DNA from: Patescibacteria group bacterium
GTDB taxonomy: Bacteria; Patescibacteriota; Minisyncoccia; UBA6257; 2-01-FULL-56-20
Assembly (NCBI GenBank): GCA_018971305.1
Contig: JAGXBC010000004.1
Coordinates: 4,028 to 68,027, forward strand
DNA: 64,000 bases
Direction of reading: 5' to 3'
Under the pieces are notes generated by a model. It searched no databases. It was not told the origin of the DNA and worked only from the letters and a program-made list of their open reading frames with translations. This document shows positions 48,659 through 58,354 of the stretch, in pieces; the stretch's first letter is position 1; the number at the start of each line of letters is the position of its first letter. The translations under genes were made by a program, and so were the position numbers.

Positions 48659-51118
48659 TTATTTCCTAACCTGTTTCTCCTTCTTTGCTATCGCTACCGT
48701 GGTTTTCACAACTGTGTCGGGGTTAAGGGACATGCTGTCAATGCCGGCTTCCACAAGGAATTCGGCGAAGTCCGGATAATCGGACGGGCCCTGGCCGCAG
48801 ATGCCGATGTATTTGCGCTTTGCTTTGCAGATTTTTATGACGTCCGCTATCAACTTCTTTATCGCCGGATTTTTTTCGTTCGCCACTTTGCTTACAATTC
48901 CCGAATCGCGGTCCAGTCCGAGCGTGAGTTGCGTAAGGTCGTTGGAACCGATAGACATTCCGTCAAAAATTTCCAAAAATTCGTTTGCCAAAATAACGTT
49001 GGATGGAATTTCGCACATCACGTAGATTGGAGTAATTGCTCTGCTTTTATCCTTATTCCTTACTCCTTTCTCCACATACCTCGTTACAAGTCCCACCTCT
49101 GCCATCGCCTCCTGGGTTTTTATTCCTTCTTCCACCGTGCGGCAGAAGGGCACCATCGGAATCACGTTCGTGAGGCCCATTTCTTCGCGGACGATTTTCA
49201 CCGCCGCGGCTTCCATCATAAAAGCCGGCTTGAACTTGGGGTCGTAGTAGCGGGAAGCGCCGCGCCAGCCGATCATCGGATTTTCTTCTTTCGGTTCGTA
49301 GGCCTCGCCGCCCAAAAGCGTTCTGTATTCGTTGGTCTTGAAGTCCGAGAAGCGGACGATAACCGGCCGTGGGTAGAAAGCCACGCCTATCTTCGCGATG
49401 CCAAAAGCAAGATTATCAATATAATATTTTTTCTGGTCTCTCCAGCCACTCATTTTACCGGCAATCTCCCGGCGCACGGCTGGTTTTTGTTTGGAAAGAT
49501 TTAATAAGGCCAAAGGATGAATGCCGATTTTGGAAGCGATAATAAATTCCTCGCGCGCGAGGCCCACGCCGGAATTCGGCAGGAAGGACGTTTCAAAAGC
49601 GGTGTCGGGCATCGCGACATTGACCATTACTTTGGTTTTCGGGTGCGGGATTTTCTTCAAATCGTGCTCAATAACTTTGAACTTCATAAATCCGCGGTAA
49701 ACGTTGCCGGCACTACCTGTAGTGTCTACCGTAACCGGGTCGCCGGTTTTTATAAATTTAGTGGCGTTCTCCGTTCCCACAACCGCCGGAATGCCGAGCT
49801 CGCGGCTAACTATTGCCGCGTGCGAAGTGCGGCCGCCTTTGTCCGTAACTATCGCCGAGGCAATCTTCATAATCGGTTCCCAGTCCGGGTCTGTCATCGT
49901 GGTCACCAAGACCTCGCCTTTCTTGAAATCGCGGATGCGTTTCGCGTCCAGTATCACGCGCGCTTTACCGGTTGCTATCCTTGAACCCACGGATGCCCCG
50001 GTTACAATTATCCTTGCTTCTTGCTTCCTACTTCCTACTTCCTGTAAGCGGTATTCCTTAATCTTTGAATAATCCTGATTGGCGTGAACGGTCTCAGGCC
50101 TCGCCTGAACGATAAAGAGCTCCCCCGTTATGCCGTCTTTTGCCCATTCCATATCCATCGGCGTCCACTTTTTATAGTGGTCGCTGTAGTGTTTTTCAAT
50201 AATCATGCCCCATTGCGCGAGCTGGGAAACTTCTTTATCCGTGAGAACAAAGCGGGCGCGCTCCACGGGCGACGTGGGAACTATTTTTGTCTGTTGAATC
50301 GCCTGGCCGGCATGGTAGATCATTTTCTGCAATTTAACGCCGAGCTTTTTTTCTATGATCGGATGCGGAACGCCGGTATCAAGTCCTTTTTTCCAAACGA
50401 ACCATTCATCCGGCGTCACTTCGCCTTTCACTATCATTTCTCCCAAACCCCAGGAACCGTTGATTAAAACGACGTCCGGGAAACCGGACTCGGTGTCCAG
50501 CGTGAACATTACGCCGGATGAGGCGCGGTCGGAGCGCACCATTTTCTGCACGCCGACGGAAAGCGCGATCTTCAGATGGTCAAAGTGGCGGTCGGCGCGG
50601 TAGGAAATAGCCCGGTCTGTGAATAAAGATGCCATCGTTGCCCTGACTGCGGCTACAACTTCTTCCGCTCCGCGGATTCCCAAGTAACTCTCCTGCTCGC
50701 CGGCGAAACTTGCTCCCGGCAAATCTTCGGCAGTTGCCGAGGAACGCACAGCTACATCAACATTCTTGCCGTAATGTTTTTCCATTTCCCGATAGGAACG
50801 GACAACCTCCGCGGATAAATCCTTGGGAAGCTTGGCGTGCATAATCGCGTAGCGTATCGCCGAACCGCGTTCGTGCAATTCTTTTAAATTTTTCGTTTTC
50901 AAACCCTGGAGCGTTTCTTTGATAAATTTATCCAAACCGGTTTTTTTGAGGAAATAGAAATAGGCCGTTGCGGTAACGACAAATCCGGACGGCACCGGCA
51001 CGCCTTTGGATTTAAGCGTGCGGATCATTTCTCCGAGCGAAGCATTCTTGCCGCCCACGAGGGAAACATCTTTAATGCCGACTTCTTCAAAAGGAAGGAT
51101 TAGTTTTTTGGACTTCAT
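48659..51118 (-). CDS. ppsA: Phosphoenolpyruvate synthase
   Basis: GGKNASLGEM, RSSATAEDLP, GGRTSHAAI, EENPMIGWRGA, MCEIPSN, SIGSNDL, GICGQ. Confidence 0.97.
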   Translation of the reverse strand: MKSKKLILPFEEVGIKDVSLVGGKNASLGEMIRTLKSKGVPVPSGFVVTATAYFYFLKKTGLDKFIKETLQGLKTKNLKELHERGSAIRYAIMHAKLPKDLSAEVVRSYREMEKHYGKNVDVAVRSSATAEDLPGASFAGEQESYLGIRGAEEVVAAVRATMASLFTDRAISYRADRHFDHLKIALSVGVQKMVRSDRASSGVMFTLDTESGFPDVVLINGSWGLGEMIVKGEVTPDEWFVWKKGLDTGVPHPIIEKKLGVKLQKMIYHAGQAIQQTKIVPTSPVERARFVLTDKEVSQLAQWGMIIEKHYSDHYKKWTPMDMEWAKDGITGELFIVQARPETVHANQDYSKIKEYRLQEVGSRKQEARIIVTGASVGSRIATGKARVILDAKRIRDFKKGEVLVTTMTDPDWEPIMKIASAIVTDKGGRTSHAAIVSRELGIPAVVGTENATKFIKTGDPVTVDTTGSAGNVYRGFMKFKVIEHDLKKIPHPKTKVMVNVAMPDTAFETSFLPNSGVGLAREEFIIASKIGIHPLALLNLSKQKPAVRREIAGKMSGWRDQKKYYIDNLAFGIAKIGVAFYPRPVIVRFSDFKTNEYRTLLGGEAYEPKEENPMIGWRGASRYYDPKFKPAFMMEAAAVKIVREEMGLTNVIPMVPFCRTVEEGIKTQEAMAEVGLVTRYVEKGVRNKDKSRAITPIYVMCEIPSNVILANEFLEIFDGMSIGSNDLTQLTLGLDRDSGIVSKVANEKNPAIKKLIADVIKICKAKRKYIGICGQGPSDYPDFAEFLVEAGIDSMSLNPDTVVKTTVAIAKKEKQVRK

Positions 51119-51128
51119 TGGTTATATT

Positions 51129-51668
51129 TTAGAACACATTTTCCAGTTGATAAAGCCACCCGGGCTGCCATTTCCACGGCTGAGAAATTACGGTTTCCAG
51201 GGGAATTTTATTGATAATATTTTCCAAACCGTACTGCGTGGCGCGATGGCCGATGATCATTATCTTCTGGCCGTCGTATTTTTTGGAAATGTCGCTGAGA
51301 AAATCGCGCATGCGCTCGGTTGTTTGCGTATAACTTTCGCCGTTCGGGAAAGGAGTGTTAATTCTCTTCAATTTTTCCGCCCCAACCTTCTCGCCCGGAC
51401 CTTGCGTCAAGTCGCCATAATTGCATTCGTTCAGGCGCGCATCTCTTATTATTGGGAATTTATCACCAAAGGCAAGCTCGCCTGTTCTATATGACCTCTG
51501 CAGAGCCGAACAAAATATCGCGGCGAATTTATCGCCCTTATACCTCTCCCCCAATTCTTTCGCCTGCTTTTCTCCGAGCGGCGACAAGGCAACATCGTTC
51601 CAGCCGGAGGCCAGACCGGATTCATTATCGAAACTTGTTCCGTGCGCTTCGAAAATAATTTCTACCAT
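51129..51668 (-). CDS. Histidine phosphatase / phosphoglycerate mutase family
   Basis: AHG (RHG variant), L.R...T, LNECNYG, GES, GH. Confidence 0.85.
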   Translation of the reverse strand: MVEIIFEAHGTSFDNESGLASGWNDVALSPLGEKQAKELGERYKGDKFAAIFCSALQRSYRTGELAFGDKFPIIRDARLNECNYGDLTQGPGEKVGAEKLKRINTPFPNGESYTQTTERMRDFLSDISKKYDGQKIMIIGHRATQYGLENIINKIPLETVISQPWKWQPGWLYQLENVF

Positions 51669-51678
51669 GAAAGATTTC

Positions 51679-52965
51679 TTACTCCTTTATCGCAATAACT
51701 AAATCGGAAACATTGGAACCGGTGTCGCCGGTTACAATATAATTCCCCACTAACTCAAAAAACGGATAGCTGTTGTTCTCTTGAAGAGATTTTTCTATAT
51801 CTATTCCCTTTTCTTCGGCGACATTCAAGGTAACCTTATCACAAATCGCGCCGGCGAATTCGCCGTTATCACGGCCGTCGGAAGCGAGTGTTAAGATAAG
51901 CTGTCCGTCTTTTATGTCTGTTAATTGCGAGAGCGCGAGCTGAAGGTTTCTGCCGCCGCGGCCGTTGCTTTTTACGCTTACCGTCGTCTCGCCGCCATAA
52001 AGCAAAGCGGTTTTTGACTCGCTTCTCTTTAACTCTTCTGCGATATCCCTTCCTACGGCTTGCGCCTCTTCGTTCATGGTCGTCGTCATAATTTGCGGAG
52101 AAAAACCCAACCGCCGCGCTTCGTCGGCCATGGCTTGTAAAGCGATGTCATTCGACACCACAAGGACATTCGCGACTTTCTCAAAATATTTATCTTCTTT
52201 CGGAGTTTCTATCATCATAGAAGCCACGAAGTCACATTCCCGCTTTTTATCATATCTGGCGATTACTTTTTGGGCATCAGCAATGGTAGTCGTATCTTTC
52301 ATTGTCGGCCCGGAAGCAACGAATTCAATATCATTGCCAGGCACGTCGGAAAAAACAAGCGAGACCGAACGCGCCGGATATGCGTATTTCGCCAAAAATC
52401 CTCCGCGAGCCAAAGAAATATGTTTGCGCACCGTATTTAGTTCCGTAATATCGGCTCCGGCATCCGTAAGGCAATTAAAAATTTTAGCTTCCTCAGAACA
52501 AGCCCTATTGGTCGGCTGGCAGAGAAGCGTTGAGCCGCCTCCCGAAATTATAAATATCACCAAGTCGTCTTCCTTGCAGGCATCCAAAAGATCTATTATT
52601 TTTTTCGTGGCGTCCATATTTTCGTCGGTGGGCAGGGGGTGGCTTCCGGCAAACGTTTGAATTCTTTTTAGAGTTCCTTTGTGCACATCTATAACGATTC
52701 CGCCTGTTATGCGCTCGCCTAACACATCTTCCAGCGCCGCACCGGCTTCGAGTGAACATTTGCCCACGCCCACAACGTAAAGATTTTTTATTGAAGCGAG
52801 GTCAAATTGGTAGTTATTGATGCTGAGTTTGTCGCCTTCCACCCTCACGGCGCGTTTAACAGCCCCATCGGTATCTATCGCCGCGAGTCCCGCTTCCGCG
52901 ATATTCAAAGCGGCCCGCCGCAGGTCGGTGGTTGCCAGATCGTTGAGGTTTTTGATTTTGTTCAC
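51679..52965 (-). CDS. Glycerate 2-kinase (DUF4147/MOFRL)
   Basis: GVGK, HPLP, ISGGGS, SDVPG..ASGP, GGETTV, GRGGRN, TGSNVSD. Confidence 0.92.
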   Translation of the reverse strand: MNKIKNLNDLATTDLRRAALNIAEAGLAAIDTDGAVKRAVRVEGDKLSINNYQFDLASIKNLYVVGVGKCSLEAGAALEDVLGERITGGIVIDVHKGTLKRIQTFAGSHPLPTDENMDATKKIIDLLDACKEDDLVIFIISGGGSTLLCQPTNRACSEEAKIFNCLTDAGADITELNTVRKHISLARGGFLAKYAYPARSVSLVFSDVPGNDIEFVASGPTMKDTTTIADAQKVIARYDKKRECDFVASMMIETPKEDKYFEKVANVLVVSNDIALQAMADEARRLGFSPQIMTTTMNEEAQAVGRDIAEELKRSESKTALLYGGETTVSVKSNGRGGRNLQLALSQLTDIKDGQLILTLASDGRDNGEFAGAICDKVTLNVAEEKGIDIEKSLQENNSYPFFELVGNYIVTGDTGSNVSDLVIAIKE

Positions 52966-53038
52966 AATTAAATACTACAACTTTTTGGCGCACAAAAAAA
53001 CGGCGCAGTTCTTATGAACGCGCCGTTTAATTTCCTTA

Positions 53039-53239
53039 TTATTTATAGCACCTCCTCACTACGGGGCAGAAAGTTATAGACAGATTAACCAGCACCCAGA
53101 GGACAAGAGAGTTTAAGAATAAGTTTCCCAACACACCGAATAGATACTGAACATAATACAAAAACGCGAAAAAGGAAACTTCGGAAATTACTCCATAAAC
53201 GAACTCTTTGGTTTTATTCATTTTAGATTTTTGTTTCAT
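53039..53239 (-). CDS. Small two-TM protein
   Basis: 66 aa hydrophobic ORF ending FCPVVRRCYK. Confidence 0.55.
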   Translation of the reverse strand: MKQKSKMNKTKEFVYGVISEVSFFAFLYYVQYLFGVLGNLFLNSLVLWVLVNLSITFCPVVRRCYK

Positions 53240-53361
53240 AGGTTCGGCCTTTCTTTATAGTATATAACAATTTAGTTTTAAATGTTATCGCACTGCCATT
53301 ATCCGAATATTCTCAACAATTCTTTTTCGGATTCTAAAGTATATTCGCCCTCTCGATCATC

Positions 53362-55482
53362 TTATAACTTTTCCCTCCGCAGCAAAACGGCGTTCACGGC
53401 AACGATAACCGTACTCAAAGACATGAACACGGCCGCGAGCGCGGGCTCAAGCAAGATTCCGCGGGAGGCAAGAACTCCGGCGGCCAAAGGCAGGGCAACA
53501 ACGTTATAGCCGGTTGCCCAAAATAAATTCTGTACCATTTTGTTGTATGTAAGTCGGGAGAGTTTGATGATTTTCAGAATATCGCGCGGGTCGTTCTTCA
53601 CTAAAATTATTCCGGCGGATTCTATCGCAATGTTAGTTCCCGCGCCGATGGCAATTCCCAAATCTGCCTGAGTAAGTGCCGGAGCGTCGTTAATACCATC
53701 GCCAACCATAGCGACCTTCAATCCCCGCTTCTGCAATTCTTTTACTTTGGATGCTTTTTCGCCCGGCAGAACTTTTGCGAAATATTCGTCTATACCAAGT
53801 TTTTCGGCAACCCAGCTGGCTACATCTTCGGAATCGCCGGTTATCATCGCCGTTCTTACACCGGCTTTCTTTAGTTTCACTATCGCTTCGCGTGATTCTT
53901 CGCGGATTATATCAGCCAAAGCAATGGCTCCGAGTAATACTCCGCCGGAGACGATATAAATTATTGTCTTTCCTTCTTTAGACAATACGGCGAGCCGAGA
54001 TTTCATTTTATCGGCAACCGCGCCGCTCAATATAGCTTCACCACCAACTAAAACATCCTGGCCATCAACCAATCCTCTAACACCTTTGCCGGGAATGCGC
54101 TCAAAATTTTTTACTTCAGCAATTTTGAGATCGCGCTTTTTCGCTTCCGCAACTATCGCCCGCGAAACGAAGTGCTCTGAATTTGAATCAACCGCAGCGG
54201 CCAGCCGCAAAACTTCCCCATCGTTCTCGGCAATAATATCTGTTACTCCATATTCGCCTTTAGTCAGGGTTCCCGTCTTATCAAAAAGAACAATATTTAT
54301 TTTCCTTGCTCGCTCCAACGAGGCTCGCTGCCTGATAAGAAATCCATTACGAGCCGCCATCGTAGTGGAGATCGCGGCAACAAGTGGTATGGCGAGTCCC
54401 AAGGCGTGCGGGCAAGCTATCACGAGAACAGCGACTAGCCGCGTTAAAGCGAAAGAGATTCCGGCCGAAGCAAGGAGCCAGGAAACCAAAGTTATAATTC
54501 CCGACGCCACGGCGATTATGGTGAGATAGAATGCCGCCTTGTCCGACAAAATCTGCAATCGCGATTTGGAGGCCTGCGCTTCTTTTATAAGCCGCATCAC
54601 TCCGGCCAAAAAAGTTTTCTCGCCGATTTTTGCCACGCGAATTTTTAGCGAGCCGTCACCGTTCGTCGTTCCGGCTATTACCTCGGCGCCCGTATTCTTT
54701 ATAACCGGCTTTGATTCGCCGGTGATAATTGCTTCGTTTACGTCCGACTTGCCGTCCGCCACAATCCCGTCCGCGGGAATTTTCCCTCCGGGCCGTACGA
54801 ATACCAAATCACCCTCTTTTAATTCCATGAGCGGAACGGTTTCACTCTTATCGCCGCGAATCACCTCGGCTACGTCCGGTAAAAGTTTGGATAATTCCTT
54901 AAGAGCTCCCTGGGCACCCTGGACAGATTTCATTTCTATCCAATGTCCCAAAAGCATCACAGCGATAAGCGTTGTCAGCTCCAAAAAAAGAGTCTGCGTG
55001 CCACCCGCCAAAACCGATATGGCGCTGTAAACGTAGGCGGTCGTAATGGCCAAGGCGATGAGCGTCATCATCCCTGGCAATTTGGCCTTAAGTTCACGCC
55101 AGGCACTTGCGATAAAAACCCAGCCGCAATAGAAAAATACTATTGAGCCGATCAATAACTGGAGATAGCGCGAACCGGGAAATTGCGGCGCTTGCCAGTT
55201 GAAAAACGTCTGCGGTAAATCCGAATAAACCAGAACCGGAACGGTTAAAACCAAACTCACCAAGAATTTTTTTAGAAAATCCTGGGTATGATGCCCGGCA
55301 TGTTTGTTGAAATCATCTTTGCTTCCTTCATGTTCGGAATGCTTGCTGTGTTCTATACTGCGTGCCTCGTGTTTTACGGCCACGAGCGCCATCCCGCAAT
55401 CCGGACACATACCGGGAATTTCCTGTTTAATCTCCGGATGCATAGGGCAGGTATAAATTTTGTTAACTAATTCCTGGTTCAT
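53362..55482 (-). CDS. copB: Copper-exporting P1B-type ATPase (CPH motif, CopB type)
   Basis: YTCPMHP domain, His-rich N-terminus, TGES, CPHALGL, DKTGT, GDGINDAP, GYN, MSLS. Confidence 0.93.
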   Translation of the reverse strand: MNQELVNKIYTCPMHPEIKQEIPGMCPDCGMALVAVKHEARSIEHSKHSEHEGSKDDFNKHAGHHTQDFLKKFLVSLVLTVPVLVYSDLPQTFFNWQAPQFPGSRYLQLLIGSIVFFYCGWVFIASAWRELKAKLPGMMTLIALAITTAYVYSAISVLAGGTQTLFLELTTLIAVMLLGHWIEMKSVQGAQGALKELSKLLPDVAEVIRGDKSETVPLMELKEGDLVFVRPGGKIPADGIVADGKSDVNEAIITGESKPVIKNTGAEVIAGTTNGDGSLKIRVAKIGEKTFLAGVMRLIKEAQASKSRLQILSDKAAFYLTIIAVASGIITLVSWLLASAGISFALTRLVAVLVIACPHALGLAIPLVAAISTTMAARNGFLIRQRASLERARKINIVLFDKTGTLTKGEYGVTDIIAENDGEVLRLAAAVDSNSEHFVSRAIVAEAKKRDLKIAEVKNFERIPGKGVRGLVDGQDVLVGGEAILSGAVADKMKSRLAVLSKEGKTIIYIVSGGVLLGAIALADIIREESREAIVKLKKAGVRTAMITGDSEDVASWVAEKLGIDEYFAKVLPGEKASKVKELQKRGLKVAMVGDGINDAPALTQADLGIAIGAGTNIAIESAGIILVKNDPRDILKIIKLSRLTYNKMVQNLFWATGYNVVALPLAAGVLASRGILLEPALAAVFMSLSTVIVAVNAVLLRREKL

Positions 55483-55655
55483 TGTTGTTTAGAAAAATTA
55501 TTTTCAATTGCATGGCTTATAACCTCAAGATTGCAACTTTTGTGCTCCCGGCACCACGCCTCGCATTTTTCCGCCCATTCTTTATCTTTATACGCGGAAC
55601 CGCATTCGGAGCAGATAAACGTTTGCGGCGATGTCTGTTTATTGTTTTGCTTCAT
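55479..55655 (-). CDS. Small Cys/His metal-binding (C2H2-like) protein, 58 aa
   Basis: Read manually: FICSECG.AYKDKEWAEKCEAWCREHKSCNLEV; stop overlaps ATPase start (ATGA). Confidence 0.8.
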   Translation of the reverse strand: MKQNNKQTSPQTFICSECGSAYKDKEWAEKCEAWCREHKSCNLEVISHAIENNFSKQQ

Positions 55656-56133
55656 AGCTTATGACGATCTGGTCCTTGTCGCGCAAGATGGTGTTTTCGT
55701 AGGTATCCACCTGTGATCCGTTGACCATCACTTTAATTATATGACTATCATCAATGGTATTGTCGAGAATCTGGTTTTGGTTGAAGGTTTTATCCCACAC
55801 CGCGAAGAAGTCGGCGAGGGTGAAATCCCTTGCTTCCGGCGATTCTACGTGAAGCGTGCCGCTCGTGTCATGCGTGTGAATCGGATGCATACACGCGAGG
55901 GTGATGCCGATATTCGCGGGGATGTCCTGCTGCTGGCCATTGATGAGGATTTGGAGATGCGGATGGATGTGGAATGTCGTAAACATATCCGTCGTACAGC
56001 TTAGCGCGAGTTGCCGGTTCGTTTGGTTGGAGACGGAATGGTTGCCCCACCAAAAAAGCCCAGCGACGAGCGCAATCGTGATTCCAGTAATCCACCACCC
56101 CGTGTATGATTTTTTGTAAGAATATTTGCTCAT
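55639..56133 (-). CDS. Membrane-anchored His-rich hypothetical protein
   Basis: HIHPHL..IPANIG..C.HPIHTHD.SG.LHVE. Confidence 0.78.
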   Translation of the reverse strand: MSKYSYKKSYTGWWITGITIALVAGLFWWGNHSVSNQTNRQLALSCTTDMFTTFHIHPHLQILINGQQQDIPANIGITLACMHPIHTHDTSGTLHVESPEARDFTLADFFAVWDKTFNQNQILDNTIDDSHIIKVMVNGSQVDTYENTILRDKDQIVISYEAKQ

Positions 56134-56143
56134 GTTTTTAGTG

Positions 56144-56950
56144 TTAGCCGCCGCAGATGTCCGAAGCATCCCAGAAAGCGGCAATTTGCTGGGCGTTGAA
56201 TATTCCATCAATGATCATCTTTTTCGCAATGCCCTCATCCACGAAGTAATGCCAGCACTTGCAGCAACACGGCTTTTCTTTTGAGATCGCATATGCCTGA
56301 TTGTAGATTGCCTGCTGTGCCGGAGTAAGCTTCGTGGCATTGTCGTAATCGATCCATTGTTTTGCCATCGCGATTGGCGTGTGCATCGGATCAAGCGGGA
56401 TGTTCGGCATGCTCTTATACGCTTGGAGTTTTTGGAGGTTCGCGTGGCGCTCGACCGTATCCATAAGCGCCGAACAGCATTGGCCACCCAAGTATTTCCC
56501 AGTGGTGTTTGGGAGCGTTCCTCCCGCAGCAACGCAGCTTCCCTCGTAAGTTTGAGAGCCCGAAGCAAGTGCGTCGAGATTCGCACCACAGGTGATGATT
56601 TGGGAATCGAGATCAAGAAGTTCCGGATTAACGTCTTTTGTAAGATTCTGGCTTTGCTTCAGAAAATCATTCTTTCCCGCTTGCGTAGGAATTTGAGTGA
56701 GTTCTGTCGCAAGTTTTGCGGCGAGAGTGGTATCCGTCCCCGCGTTATTTTTTGAGAAAGAAAAATACAAAGCGCCGCCTACGAGCAGGAGTGCCACCGC
56801 GATTGAGATTTTTACATTTTTGTTCATCCCGATTAGAGATAGGAAACGCAGGCGTTTCCGTATCTGATTATGTCTTTGCATAAGATATTCAATTAATTTC
56901 TTTTTATGTTTCCCGCTAGGATACCGTTGGGCATCTCTAACGGGATTCAT
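56144..56950 (-). CDS. Membrane-anchored Cys-rich protein with element-derived 41-aa N-terminal extension
   Basis: GQCCS, PCCCKCWH, ICGG; second MN start at 56827. Confidence 0.78.
   Translation of the reverse strand: MNPVRDAQRYPSGKHKKKLIEYLMQRHNQIRKRLRFLSLIGMNKNVKISIAVALLLVGGALYFSFSKNNAGTDTTLAAKLATELTQIPTQAGKNDFLKQSQNLTKDVNPELLDLDSQIITCGANLDALASGSQTYEGSCVAAGGTLPNTTGKYLGGQCCSALMDTVERHANLQKLQAYKSMPNIPLDPMHTPIAMAKQWIDYDNATKLTPAQQAIYNQAYAISKEKPCCCKCWHYFVDEGIAKKMIIDGIFNAQQIAAFWDASDICGG
56827..56945. mobile_element. MITE-like element, copy 2 (119 bp)
   Basis: TIR tcccgattagagat/atctctaacggga (1-nt bulge); flanking direct repeat ttca at 56823-56826 and 56946-56949. Confidence 0.78.
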
Positions 56951-56966
56951 GGTTTTATTTTTTTAT

Positions 56967-57506
56967 TTAAGGCAGGCAAACCGGCGACGCCGAGATTCTT
57001 TTCGCCACAAAGTAAATTGAAGATGCGAGAAGAATTACGCTCAGCAAGCCGAATTCGCCGCCCTTAAGTGGCAGGAGCGCTATTGCTCCTCCCGCGCCGA
57101 CCAATGAGAGAATGCTTGTTGCGAGAAACGATCCGCATGCGGCGCAGCCGACGCCGAACATTCCGCTAATCACGCCACCTACGCTTGCAGTCATTTCTCT
57201 CTGCCCCAGCGCGAGGTTTCTCTTCGCGAGGTAGACGATCATCGCAAGATCGATGCCAAAGAGAATCGCTATCGCGATAGTGTATGAAGCCGAGAATACG
57301 CTGAAGTTTGTCGTGATGCTCTCAAAAAGTCCCGCGAGAAGTTGCGCTTTTATGCCAAGAGGCACGCTCCAATTTCCAAGGGTGTTTGCGATCAAGGAGA
57401 AATTTGGCAGCCATACCACAAAGGTAAAAGCTGCGAGTCCTCCAACGAGCGCGATCACGACGTAAGAGAATTTTCCGAACACTTCTCGGAGAGCGCGGAT
57501 CAGCAT
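56967..57506 (-). CDS. Membrane protein with GCAACG motif
   Basis: Four TMs, GVGCAACGS, terminal Cys; MerT-like metal-binding layout. Confidence 0.75.
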   Translation of the reverse strand: MLIRALREVFGKFSYVVIALVGGLAAFTFVVWLPNFSLIANTLGNWSVPLGIKAQLLAGLFESITTNFSVFSASYTIAIAILFGIDLAMIVYLAKRNLALGQREMTASVGGVISGMFGVGCAACGSFLATSILSLVGAGGAIALLPLKGGEFGLLSVILLASSIYFVAKRISASPVCLP

Positions 57507-57507
57507 T

Positions 57508-58266
57508 TTATTTCGTCGCAAGCGCGGCATCAATCGCCGCCTTGAAGGCAGAGTATGGCTGTGCGCCTTGCACCATCTGGCCGTTCACGTAACTCGTCGG
57601 GGTGGAATTCACGCCGATTGCCTGGGCCGCCGCCGTGTCTTTTTTCACCTGATCGTCATATTTGTTGCTGTCGATGCAGGAAGTGAATGCGTTCATGTCG
57701 AGCCCAACATTTCCCGCGAGTTTCAGGAACTCGTTTCTACTGAAGAATCCGTCGTTTTCACCGTTCGCGGCATCTTTCACCTTTGCACCGTAGAGCGCAT
57801 CGTGGTATTCCCAGAACTTCGACTGGTATTTCGCGCATTCCGCTGCCGCTCCGGCGTTCGTCGATTCAGCGCCCAAGAACTGGAAATTCCGATAGACCAT
57901 TTTCACTTTGCCGGTTTTAATATAATCGGCGCGAAGCGACGGTTCTACTTGGCTGAAAAACCTGCCGCAAAACGGACATTGATAATCGCCGTACTCGACG
58001 AACGTTACGGGCGCGTTTACATCACCCAAGACAGCATCGCTACCGTTGATCTTGAGCGCTTCTGCAAGATTGGCGCTGGGCGCGGCGGTTTGGGTGTTTC
58101 CGGCCGCCTGCGGAATTTTAGTGTCCGATTTCTTTCCTACAGAATAGACAACTGCTCCGGCTATGAGCACTCCGGCAATGAGAATGGAGGCGGGCATGAG
58201 AAAATTATTCGATGTTTGTGTTTTTTCTATTTGCGGAATTTCTTCCGGTTTATTTTCATGACGCAT
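57508..58266 (-). CDS. DsbA/BdbD-family thiol-disulfide oxidoreductase
   Basis: EYGDYQCPFC, AAEC, GVNSTPT, GAQP. Confidence 0.92.
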   Translation of the reverse strand: MRHENKPEEIPQIEKTQTSNNFLMPASILIAGVLIAGAVVYSVGKKSDTKIPQAAGNTQTAAPSANLAEALKINGSDAVLGDVNAPVTFVEYGDYQCPFCGRFFSQVEPSLRADYIKTGKVKMVYRNFQFLGAESTNAGAAAECAKYQSKFWEYHDALYGAKVKDAANGENDGFFSRNEFLKLAGNVGLDMNAFTSCIDSNKYDDQVKKDTAAAQAIGVNSTPTSYVNGQMVQGAQPYSAFKAAIDAALATK

Positions 58267-58354
58267 AGTTTTATAAAATTATTTTATTATCAGATTAACA
58301 AAAAACACACGCCCCGTGGTTTGCGCGTGTTTGTGGGCGCAAATCGGGCGTTAT

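Noticed and set aside
47995-50603. Long plus-strand ORFs (e.g. 48413-49504, 363 aa)
   Set aside because: Antisense shadows of ppsA and the HAD gene; no motifs or start signals.
52805-52825. Possible heptamer repeat in glycerate kinase (SINNYQF)
   Set aside because: Too degenerate to support on its own.
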